Assembly (NCBI GenBank): GCA_963786955.1
Contig: CAWBAT010000004.1
Location: 1 to 64,000 of the forward strand
DNA: 64,000 bases
Source: an uncultured Acidimicrobiia bacterium
Lineage (GTDB): Bacteria > Acidobacteriota > Terriglobia > Versatilivoradales > Versatilivoraceae
Direction of reading: 5' to 3'
In this document: piece after piece, positions 21,596 through 30,762 of the stretch
How positions within the stretch are numbered: the stretch's first letter is position 1
How the letters are laid out: each line of letters starts with the position of its first letter
Program-made: the position numbers and the translations under genes
Notes under the pieces: model-generated
Database searches by the model: none
Seen by the model: only the letters and a program-made list of their open reading frames with translations
Told to the model about the DNA's origin: nothing

Positions 21596-22045
21596 GTTTC
21601 GCCTTTGACGTCAATATCCTGCTTTACGCCTCTGATACCAGCAGTCCATACTTCGAGCGGGCCAAGTCATTTATCGAGACCTGCATCGCTCAAGAGGAAG
21701 TTTTCTACCTGGGATGGCCGACAGTGATGGGCTACTTGCGCATTGCGACGCATCCTGCCGTATTTCGACCGTCCATTATCACCCGATGAGGCTATGGCAA
21801 ACATCGAAACACTTCTCAACCTTCCTCACGCGCGTTTCCTATCCGAGGAAGAAGGGTTTTGGGATGTCTACCGCGCCACGACATCAGAGGTCCCTACCCG
21901 GGGAAATCTGGTACCGGATGCCCATCTGGCTGCCTTGCTTCGCCACCATGGCGTGAAGACGCTGTACACCCATGACCGGGATTTCTTGAAGTTTCCTTTC
22001 CTTGATGTGCGAGATCCCTTAGTCGGGGATCCCCCAAAAATCTAA
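21592..22045 (+). CDS. vapC: VapC PIN-domain toxin, frameshift near 21765
   Basis: FDVNILLYA, YLRIATHP, GNLVPDAHLAAL and LYTHDRDF. Confidence 0.85.
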
Positions 22046-22081
22046 TCATCGATATGGCAAACGGGCTTTCCACCTCGTCTT

Positions 22082-23036
22082 TCAGAACGTGATCGCGCCC
22101 GTAATCTGCACGGAATATCCTTGGACTGTTGCCGTATTCGAGTATTCCTTGAAAAACTTGACTCCGAAGCTGGCCTTCCTGACCGGTAAAATGATGTTTG
22201 CCGCCGCCCCCAGGGCATTGACCTTATAGTGGGCGGGGACTGAGGGATTTACTCCCGGGCCACTGTTGTTGCTCGTTTGCCACTGACCGTAACCGACCAG
22301 ACCCACCTGCAGCAGCGTATGCATGTCCTTTTGCAGCGGAAGAATTTGAGTCAGTGAATAGTCCAGGTCAAAGTTTTGGCCAGGGATGGATATTCGTTCC
22401 TTCCTGCGTCGTATGAAATTCGTACATCTGATAAGCAGAGAATGCGGTCCCTTTGTTTTCGGTCAGATAAAAGGTTTCGCCTGCTGTCATGGCATTGGTC
22501 CAGTTGCCGGTGCCGGTGTTGTTGGTCGCGCCCGGATTGAACCGCCCGGTTGGCGCAAAGAAAGCGTAAGCCGCTTGAATGTCAGCTCGTTTCAAATGCC
22601 AACCTAAAGCGACAGGCTCGTAGAAAGAGTCGGCAAAGCCACCTCCACCGCCGATGGGGCCTAGGTTGGCTAAACTCAGCGCACTGTTCGTAATTGGCAG
22701 GCCAGCTACCAAGGCATAGTTGGCGCCCAAGATCTTCCGCTTGCTCACCCACACAAAGACATTAAGATCAACCAATACGGACACGCTGAGGTCAGCGGGA
22801 AGGGTCTGGCCATTAGAACCTTTCGCCTGATCAAACGAGTAGTCCATAAAGGTATTGAGATAGGTAAGTCCTGGCTCCGGCATGACTCCCGAGTTAGTCG
22901 CGTTAAAGCCCGGCGTATACTTACCGCGCACAGGGGGGACGCTTGAGCAAGCAAGAATCAGCACCAGCCAGCAGGACCAGGATCAGTGCCAAGCCGAATG
23001 GCATAGAGACATTATCAATTTCCGATTTAGCATCAT
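22082..23036 (-). CDS. SphA/MetA-like outer-membrane barrel, frameshifted
   Basis: SGVMPEPG, GGFADS, FAPTGRF, GLVGYGQWQ and terminal Phe across ORFs 22368..22964 and 22082..22324. Confidence 0.7.
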
Positions 23037-23146
23037 GAGAAGATCCTTTCTAATTGCCGAGAGGCTAACGACAGTGAACGATTATCGAAGCCTCGCTCCC
23101 CTCCCCTGGACATGACAGATTTGAAACATTATTGATGGCGTTTGCA

Positions 23147-24208
23147 TTATTTTTGCTCAAGAGTACTCTTGATGGTCGCGAGCGACTTCTGCAGATCCGA
23201 GACAGAGCGGTCTACAGCGACCCTTCGAACAATTGAGCCTTTGAAGCCGGTCAGTCCAGCCTGTTCCGATCCCATCGCCTTGACGAGGAAAAAACCAGAT
23301 TGCTTCGGATCGTCGCTGCCGCGGATACAGAACGTGAGGTCGAGCGCCGTCTCGAAATAATGACTCGAATAGATCTGCTTCTCAGCAATGACATAGGCCG
23401 GTTCCTGAGGAGTGGCTCCGTGCATGGTGAAAACCTGCACGATGCGCAGAGTCGGCTTCAGTCCGAATTTCACATTATCCCAATAAAATCTGCTTTCCAC
23501 GTTGGCTGGCTTTGCATCCGGATAATTGAGGAGGTAGTTGTAAAAACCCGGCAGATTCTGGGGTAATGCCTTGCTATAGCTGAGCATGTATTTGAACTGA
23601 TCGGCAACGTTGACCTGTTGACTCTTATCGTTATAAACCGCACCAAGTATCCGACTGCCTTCTTTCTGGTACACGAGCAGACGCGACAGTGCCAGTTTCT
23701 GGACGTATTGGTTTACCTGATCATCTACGTTCGGAGAAGACCAGTTCACCGACTTACGAAGCTCTTCCATGGTACTGCCAGGCAACTGAACCACGCAGTC
23801 CCCGGGCTTGCAGCTCTTCAACCCCTTGACGTCTTCGCTGCCGAATGCGAAGCCCTGGAGGTCAGAGAGTTGCGGCGGGTCGCTGAATGGCTTCACAGCC
23901 AGGTAGCCGGGAAGTTGGCTCAGACGATTAAAATCGCTCGCGAACTTCACGTAACTTTCAGGGTCTGCATTGATGTAAATCACTCCGAGCACGAAAATCT
24001 CTGCCGGGGTGCGGGAAGTTAGAGCCTGGGCAAAAGGTTGCCCGCTTTGAATCGACGCAATCTGCGCTTGGCTCAACCCAAGCGTCTGGCTGAGATAATT
24101 CTTCAGCTTCAAATTTGCCTGAGAAAAACTGGGGGAAACTCCAACCGTAATTAAAGAAACCAACACAGCAACCAGGACGACTCGTTTGATCATAAGTATT
24201 CTCCTCAA
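23147..24208 (-). CDS. Secreted hypothetical protein
   Basis: Signal peptide; FYWDNVKFGLKPTLR and EKQIYSSHYF; 353-aa open frame. Confidence 0.7.
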   Translation of the reverse strand: MRRILMIKRVVLVAVLVSLITVGVSPSFSQANLKLKNYLSQTLGLSQAQIASIQSGQPFAQALTSRTPAEIFVLGVIYINADPESYVKFASDFNRLSQLPGYLAVKPFSDPPQLSDLQGFAFGSEDVKGLKSCKPGDCVVQLPGSTMEELRKSVNWSSPNVDDQVNQYVQKLALSRLLVYQKEGSRILGAVYNDKSQQVNVADQFKYMLSYSKALPQNLPGFYNYLLNYPDAKPANVESRFYWDNVKFGLKPTLRIVQVFTMHGATPQEPAYVIAEKQIYSSHYFETALDLTFCIRGSDDPKQSGFFLVKAMGSEQAGLTGFKGSIVRRVAVDRSVSDLQKSLATIKSTLEQK

Positions 24209-24287
24209 TGGTGATTGATCTGATTTGGTGGTTAGAGGCCTTGCATCCGGCCTGAAGGGTTGAACTAGCAGGAATGGTCAGACTGAC

Positions 24288-24400
24288 GCTTTCTGTTCGA
24301 CCCTTTCAGGGTCGGGTCTTCTTGACGTTACGTCCCCAGGGCGACGCGCGAGGCTCCTGCCTCGCTATTGCCTGGGCTATTCTCTGAAGCCTTTCAGGGC
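24288..24400. repeat. 113-bp REP-like unit, inverted copy of 9594-9706
   Basis: Direct sequence comparison. Confidence 0.8.
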
Positions 24401-24420
24401 CCAAAAGGAAGGGGACAAGC

Positions 24421-25431
24421 TTAATGCACCTCCCCTGCAACTGCGGGTTTCCCTTCCGTCGAAGATTTTTCAATGAATCTTCGTAGCGCGAGCGTGAGCG
24501 GGATCGCTAGAATTGCTCCTGCCGGGCCGAGCAGGAAACCCCATACCATCAGGGAGATCATAATCTCGAGAAGCGAGACATGCAGCCCCTTGATCATGAG
24601 CATGGGTTTGACCACATAGTCTCCCAGCATCTCTGTCAATATGAGTCCCCCCACCACGAGCAGTGCCCGTTTCCAACCCAACATCAGGAGTGCCATCAGG
24701 CTCGGCGGGACGATGGAGATCAGGAAGCCTAAGTTGGGGATGAAGTGGAGGAAGAAATAGAGAAAACACCAGACGAACGCGAAGTCGACACCGAGCGCCA
24801 TCAGGAGCACCAGGTTGGCCAACGCATTAATGGCACCAGTCTGCGCGGAAATGGCGATGAAGCGCTGAACGTCCCCGCCATAATAGACCAAATTCCGGGC
24901 GAGGGGCCCGGTTTTGGCGTCTTCCGGATCAACCATCTCCACCAGAAAAATGAGTGCCAGCAGAGAGATCAGAAATCGATCAGATAAAATGCTGATCATC
25001 GATGGGAGTATCAGGCGTGCCAACTCGATGATCCGATCATAACTATACAAACTCTTTACGGAGAAAGGTGGGCCGATTGATTACCATGAGCACTGAAGTA
25101 GCCTGCGATTCGGTCATACAGGCTCCTCAAATGCTCCTCATAAATCGGCAACCTCTCCCGCAGTTGCAAGACGGCCTCAATCAAGGGAACGGATACAGCC
25201 AGATAAATGGTGATCACGAAAGACGACGGTCAAAATGATTGCCAAGCTCTTGCGAAGCCCGAACCGGTGCATCAGCCACTTCGGAAAGGGGAGGATAACG
25301 TAGGTCAGCAGTAGCGCGATGAGGACGACCGATAGGGGGTGGGATGCAGCCTGGATTCCCCATGCGACAACCACAAAGTAAGCGCCTGCCTGTAGAAGGC
25401 GCAATGGGGATGAAGTCATGTGTTCAATCAT
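24421..25431 (-). CDS. AI-2E (PerM) family transporter, frameshifted
   Basis: FFLHFIPNLG and WGFLLGPAGAILAIPLT; N-terminal part lies in ORF 25177..25431. Confidence 0.8.
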
Positions 25432-25859
25432 TTTACCCTCCTCTAACCCGGGATTCCGAAGTTGCTTTGGGACCGCTTGGTGGAACGGGCGCTCCGACGC
25501 ACAAGCTCAGTGAACGCGCGGCGGAGAGAGCGTCCACCTAAACCGAGAGTTCATTGGAACAATTTTTCCTCTTCGTACTTTGCTCGTAAATTTAAGTGAA
25601 ATCAGTAAATAGAGAGAAATGACACATCCCAAATTCGAAATTCAGGCTAACCCAGAATTCTCACGACGACCCGCCGCATGAGGTCATGCGGCCTGCAAAG
25701 ATGTAGGCCGGGTTACAGACCTGGCGTTAAAGTTTGGGAATTTGTGCAAGTTCGTAGTCCCGGCTTTAGCCGGTCCGGAACATCACCGCCTGAAGGCGGT
25801 ACTACAAGCTTCTTCGCGGTCGCGTCGAAGACCAGAGTGATCGGGTCGCCAGTCGCTCT

Positions 25860-26290
25860 TCACTGCATCCAGCTGGTTGAGGATCTTCGCCTTCGCCGCG
25901 TTATAATCGCTTTCGCTAATAAGTCCTTGATTGTACATCGACTGCAGCTCCTGGAGCTTCTGTTGCGGGGTTTTCGTTGGCCCTGGGACGCAGCCGCTGC
26001 GGCTTGACTGGCGGCTGCGGCCGATGCCGCCGCAGCCTGCGACGCGGCCGCGGCAGACTGCGGCCGCGGTCTGCCGACTGTGCTGCTGCGCGCGCGACTG
26101 TTGGGCAGCCGCCGACTGCTGCTTCTCCGCCGCGCTCTTTTCGGACTCACTGACCACTACCGCCGTCCTCCGGGCGCACCGGCGCCGGGTTCCTAGGACT
26201 GCCGAGCTCTCAGGCGCGAACACCAGCAGGGCGAGGACGACCAGTACGGACGCTCAGCAAGACGGACTTTCGAAATAGGTTTCCCATCAT
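25860..26290 (-). CDS. Secreted Ala/Gln-rich protein with C-terminal SHOCT domain, frameshifted
   Basis: QKLQELQSMYNQGLISESDYNAAKAKIL; RBS AAGGAGG before the ATG. Confidence 0.7.
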
Positions 26291-26313
26291 GACAATCCTC
26301 CTTGTTTGCAGCT

Positions 26314-26948
26314 TCATGACTTTTTGCGCATGTACTCGAGATCCATAATTTTGACCATTTTGCCACTCAGATCAGGCTGCCACAGTTCCGTGAGGTGATT
26401 CCCGTCCGGGTTGATGCTGAGCCTCATTTCTGATTTTCGTGGGCTTAAGGGTGATCGCATCGTAGACCGTCGCGGTTAACTTCGCCGACTTACCGTCCGG
26501 AGCCATAGCCCCTGTGTACCACTCCATGCCCGTGCTGCCCGAATCCATGTAGCATGCCACGTACTTCTGTTGCGACGTTGTCATACCCCGCGTAGCCGAT
26601 GCCGTTGATGGGCTCGCCCATGACGAATCCGGACAGCATCATCTGGATGTAGCGGTGGCCGAGCACCCAGGTGCCAACCGCAACCTGCATCGACTCGATC
26701 GGAGGCTTGGAAGGGTCGAGCCAGACCCGGACCTTCACGTCGAAATTGCCCACCAAAAACTCGAGCTTCTTCTGTCCCTCGCCCGGGTCCATGGCGTTGT
26801 CCATGGCCTTCACGATCGCTGCGTTTCCTGCGGCCGTCGAGCTCACGGGCGCTGGGGCACCCTCCTTCTTCTTATCTTGTGCCAACAGGGGGCTTGCCAG
26901 GGCGAGAATTACGGCCAGTAGAAGTCCCATACGATAGAAGCGCTTCAT
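26314..26948 (-). CDS. DUF1579-family secreted protein, frameshifted
   Basis: PGEGQKKLEFLVGNFD, WVLGHRY, GYAGYDN and MDSGSTG. Confidence 0.75.
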
Positions 26949-27338
26949 CTTCGAACCTCCTTTTCTCATAGAGTCCATGCAGGGAATTTCCGGTTTCAAC
27001 TCTCTTCTTACACGAAACACTATTCTCCCGGCCCTCCTTCGTCAACCTCAAAAACCAGCGGCCTGAAGGGCCGCCACAATCTAGCCCAGGGCAGAACGCA
27101 GGGGCAAGGCCCCGCAGCGCCGCTCCGGGCTTCGCCCTTCACTCTGCCCTTATAGGTATTCAGAGCACGGTAGTGCGAAGTGAAACGGTTAGCAGTAGTG
27201 GCAGCCTCTCTTTCTTTTTTGCTGCTTTTTTCTTTCTCTGTGGAAGCTGTGAGTTCTGTGGAAAACGGTTTAGGAGCGACAGCAGAAGTCTGGACAGGAG
27301 AACGTACTTGAGTGCAGAGTGGAACACACAACACGCAA

Positions 27339-27480
27339 CGCCTGGCTACGAATAACTTGCCCTCACCATGGCGATGGTTAAGCCCAGAGTTTCGAGCCAG
27401 GCGCTGCACCAGGAGCCCTAACGCATTACTCAGATGCGGTCCCCTGAGGACTCTACTATAAGGATTGCGCCGTTTCCTGG
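27339..27480 (+). ncRNA. Bridge-RNA-like target-binding and donor-binding loops of IS110 copy 2
   Basis: Target loop has stem CGCCTGGCT/AGCCAGGCG with guides TGCCCT and AGCCCAG. Donor loop has CTCAGATG and CTATAAG. Confidence 0.82.
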
Positions 27481-27515
27481 CAAGCGTGTTGAAATTCTGC
27501 TGGGAGGTGATTCTC

Positions 27516-28817
27516 ATGACAACATCCTCTGTTCCGATGGAAAGCCCGATCGTGGCCTATGTCGGTTTAGATTGGGCCGATCAACAACATGTCCTCTGTT
27601 GGCGAGCAGCCGATTCCACTCAGGTGCAGACGGCGGTAGTCCGGCAACGCCCCGAGGAACTCCATGCCTGGGTGGCCGAGCTGCGGCAGCGTTTCCCTGA
27701 AGGCCTGGTAGCCATCGCCTTGGAGCAAAGCCGGGGGCCCGTGATCGCGGCCCTGATGCACTATGACTTTCTGCGCCTTTACCCGATTAATCCCAAGTCG
27801 CTGGCCCGCTACCGAGAAACGTTTTCCAGTAGTGGCGCCAAGGATGATCCCAGCGATGCTGCCCTGCTGCTGGATCTGCTGGTCAAACACCGGGAGCGAT
27901 TCTCGCCCTGGGTACCCGACGATGCTTTGAGCCGACAGCTGGCCTTGCGGGTCGAGCATCGCCGCCACCTGGTGGATCTCCAAACGGTGCTGACCCACCA
28001 ACTGAGCAGTTACTTGAAGCTCTATTTCCCTCAAGCCCTCGACTGGAGCGGCGCTCTCGACACTCCTCAGGCCTGCGATTTCCTCCAGCGCTGGCCCACT
28101 CTCGAAGCCGTGCAGAAGGCCCAGCCTGCTCAACTGGAGAAGTTCTACCACCAGCATCATAACCGCCGCCCGCAGTTGATTCGACAGCGGATCGAGCAGA
28201 TTCAACAGGCCAGGCCCTTGACTCAGGACACGGCCTTGGTGGAAGCCTCCTACCGGATGGTCCTGGCCCTAGTCGCCCAACTGCAGCCCTTAATCGCCAC
28301 CCTGCAACAATGGGAAGTGCAGATCGGCCAGCTGTTTGCCCAGCACCCTGATGCCTTGATCTTCACCAGTTTCCCGGGGGCCGGAGCGGTTTTTGCTCCC
28401 CGTCTGCAGGCGGTTTTCGGTTCGCGCCGAGACCGCTTCGGCGCTGCCCAAGACCTGTTGCAGTTCTCGGGGCTGGCCCCGGTCACCCAACGCAGCGGCA
28501 AATCTCGTCAGGTGCATCGCCGCTGGGCGCGTCCGAAATTCCTGCACCAGAGCCTGGTGGAATTTGCTGCCCTGTCGATTCCTCACTGCGGCTGGGCCCG
28601 AGCCCTCTACCACCAGTTGCGCGCCCGGGGCCACCGTCACTGGGCCGCTATTCGAGTGATTGCTTACAAATGGACACGCATCCTGTTTCGTTGTTGGAAA
28701 GAGCGGGTTCCTTATGATGAATCCAAGTATCTTCAAGCCTTGCAGCGGCGCAATCCTCAACTGTGGGTGGCCAGCCAGCAGCCGCCTCCGCCGCGATCCA
28801 AGAAAAAGGCGGCCTGA
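27516..28817 (+). CDS. IS110 DEDD recombinase/transposase
   Basis: VGLDWAD, ALEQSRG and AKDDPSDA give DEDD. SFPGAG and APVTQRSGKS (catalytic Ser region). RBS GGAGGT. Confidence 0.95.
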   Translation: MTTSSVPMESPIVAYVGLDWADQQHVLCWRAADSTQVQTAVVRQRPEELHAWVAELRQRFPEGLVAIALEQSRGPVIAALMHYDFLRLYPINPKSLARYRETFSSSGAKDDPSDAALLLDLLVKHRERFSPWVPDDALSRQLALRVEHRRHLVDLQTVLTHQLSSYLKLYFPQALDWSGALDTPQACDFLQRWPTLEAVQKAQPAQLEKFYHQHHNRRPQLIRQRIEQIQQARPLTQDTALVEASYRMVLALVAQLQPLIATLQQWEVQIGQLFAQHPDALIFTSFPGAGAVFAPRLQAVFGSRRDRFGAAQDLLQFSGLAPVTQRSGKSRQVHRRWARPKFLHQSLVEFAALSIPHCGWARALYHQLRARGHRHWAAIRVIAYKWTRILFRCWKERVPYDESKYLQALQRRNPQLWVASQQPPPPRSKKKAA

Positions 28818-29228
28818 AGGAAATTGGCTGTGAAAAAAATGTACCGGCTTTGAGGATAAATTTACAAGTAACACTTGACAGACCACCTCAGATGTCTGGG
28901 CTATTTTATCTTGCCCTTTCAGGGCAACGGAAATGTCCAATTTTCTGTCCGGGGCCACCGGATTTGAGCTTTTACGAGCTCTCCGAGACGAAGTCTATGG
29001 AGCTCATCGCGGCCCTGAGGAGCTCAGGTGTAGCCTAGCTTCGGGGTCAAGAAATTACATGACTGTGACATTTACAAACCACTGACGGTTATGATGGAGA
29101 AACTATACCTGGAAGGAGGTGAACTTGAGCGTGTTGGGTATCTACTTTAACACCTTTTGCGTTTCAACCGGGACGAACAAGACGTAGTTAAATGTCAACG
29201 GTCCTAATCCTTAAGGAGGATATTTTAA

Positions 29229-29879
29229 ATGAAGAGTAGATTGATACTTCTTGCTGCCCTTTTAAGTCTCTATGCCATCCCGGCAATCGCGGATGACGCA
29301 CCCAAGGCAGAAATTTTTGGGGAGTACTCCTATTTTCGCTTCAATCCAACCCTTCCGGGCATCCGCAACACCAGCTTCAACGGTGGTGGCGGCGGAGTCA
29401 CATTTAACCTAAACAATTTTATCGGAATCAAAGCCGAGTTCATGGGCTATGGCAGCACCAATTACACCATCCCCGCTGGTACAGCAATACCTGGGAGCAA
29501 CCCGGCTGCTGTCACTACGGTTCCAATTACGACTCAGGGCAATATGTTTACCTATTTATTCGGACCTCAAATCACCTATCGCATGCCGAAACTAAATGTC
29601 TTCGGTGAGTTGCTCTTCGGAGGGTCGAACAGCAATGCGTACGCCAACGTGGCCGAAGCCTTTAATGGGGTGGGGGGAAATGTTGCCTCTGGGACCCAGC
29701 ACCCATTCACCATGGCGTTCGGTGGCGGCCTTGACGTGAAAGTCTCCAAAAACTTTGCGGTCCGGCCCGTAGAAATCGATTGGATATTGACCCGCTACAC
29801 CAATCCTTACACGCTGACGAATAACCAGAACAACTTCCGCTACACGGCGGGAGTCGTCTACTACTTCGGAGGCAAGTAG
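29229..29879 (+). CDS. Outer-membrane beta-barrel protein (OmpA-like 8-strand type)
   Basis: Signal peptide, TYLFGPQ, AFGGGLDV, C-terminal GVVYYF; RBS AAGGAGG. Confidence 0.85.
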   Translation: MKSRLILLAALLSLYAIPAIADDAPKAEIFGEYSYFRFNPTLPGIRNTSFNGGGGGVTFNLNNFIGIKAEFMGYGSTNYTIPAGTAIPGSNPAAVTTVPITTQGNMFTYLFGPQITYRMPKLNVFGELLFGGSNSNAYANVAEAFNGVGGNVASGTQHPFTMAFGGGLDVKVSKNFAVRPVEIDWILTRYTNPYTLTNNQNNFRYTAGVVYYFGGK

Positions 29880-29917
29880 TTCAGAATAGTATGGATTCGG
29901 TTCTCTTAGGATAAACC

Positions 29918-29960
29918 AAGGCCGCTTTTCTGGCAGCAGAGGAGCGGCCTTTAGTTTTCT
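29918..29960 (+). terminator. Intrinsic terminator
   Basis: AAGGCCGCT...AGCGGCCTT hairpin followed by a T-rich tail. Confidence 0.65.
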
Positions 29961-30212
29961 TGGAGTGAAAATGCCAACAGGGTATGAAAGCCCTCCAACC
30001 CTTTGTCCATGCTGTCTCGTAATCCCTGCAACCCGCCAATTAGCTTTTCAGTTACGTGATGATCTTTGTCTCAGTCTTTTTCTTCCGCTTTGCCACTGGA
30101 ACTTTGGGGCGAGTTCCCGTTTCGGCAGAGAATCAAACCACGAATTTGGCGTTGCCTGCCGTCATGTGGCCGCATGACGACGTAACCTGAAATTGACCCA
30201 CACCCAGCCGGA

Positions 30213-30241
30213 TTGACAGAAGTAAGCCTAGTGGATAGTAT
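30213..30241 (+). promoter_or_regulatory. Sigma70-type promoter
   Basis: TTGACA-17 bp-TAGTAT upstream of 30281. Confidence 0.5.
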
Positions 30242-30280
30242 GGGTTCGTAAATGAATTTTCTTATCTCGAGAGGGGGGCT

Positions 30281-30592
30281 GTGACTGTGGCGGATTCAAA
30301 CACCCAGGACTTATTCATTACGTGCCCGTGTTGTAACGCCGTCTTGAGAATTGATTCCCGGCTGGGGGAAGTCATTAGCCACGAGGCTCCACCCAAAACC
30401 GCAAATCTTCCCGACCTGGACCATGCCGCAGCGCTTCTCAAAGAGCAGGCCGAACATCGTGAGGCACTTTTCAAGCAAGGGACCGAAAATGAAAAGGTAA
30501 AGTCTCAGTTGCTGGAACGAAAGTTTCAAGCTGCATTCGAGAAAAGCAAGGACGAACCCATCACAAAGCCTATCCGTGACATCGATCTGTAA
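30281..30592 (+). CDS. Small hypothetical protein with CPCC motif and helical tail
   Basis: ITCPCCNAVLRID; charged helical C-terminus ending PIRDIDL. Confidence 0.7.
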   Translation: MTVADSNTQDLFITCPCCNAVLRIDSRLGEVISHEAPPKTANLPDLDHAAALLKEQAEHREALFKQGTENEKVKSQLLERKFQAAFEKSKDEPITKPIRDIDL

Positions 30593-30762
30593 TACAGAAG
30601 GGTGAAAGAGTTGGGCCCGAAAACTTACTGATCATCCGAATTCTTACCGTGGTATTCAATGAGAAGCCTCCTCGATCCGCATTGAGCTGGCAGAATAGAG
30701 TAGAGGAGATGCAATAGAGCTATCTCCTTTGGGTTTGGTCTTCTGCGTTCTCCCGAGGCGCG

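Larger units (their letters stand above)
27149..28897 (+). mobile_element. IS110-family insertion sequence, copy 2 (intact)
   Basis: CT core at 27149-27150 and 28896-28897. Removing the element restores TCTGCC-CT-GGGCTA, the perfect inverted partner of TAGCCCAGGGCAGA at ~27082. Confidence 0.93.

Noticed and set aside
27020-27517. Antisense ORF in the IS110 left end, with a similar peptide (STAST.KEK...) in 2360..2605
   Set aside because: The similarity is confined to the conserved nucleotide motif, and both ORFs run across the element boundary.
29040-29228. Riboswitch upstream of the beta-barrel gene
   Set aside because: Only a weak hairpin and promoter-like boxes; no known aptamer consensus recognised.
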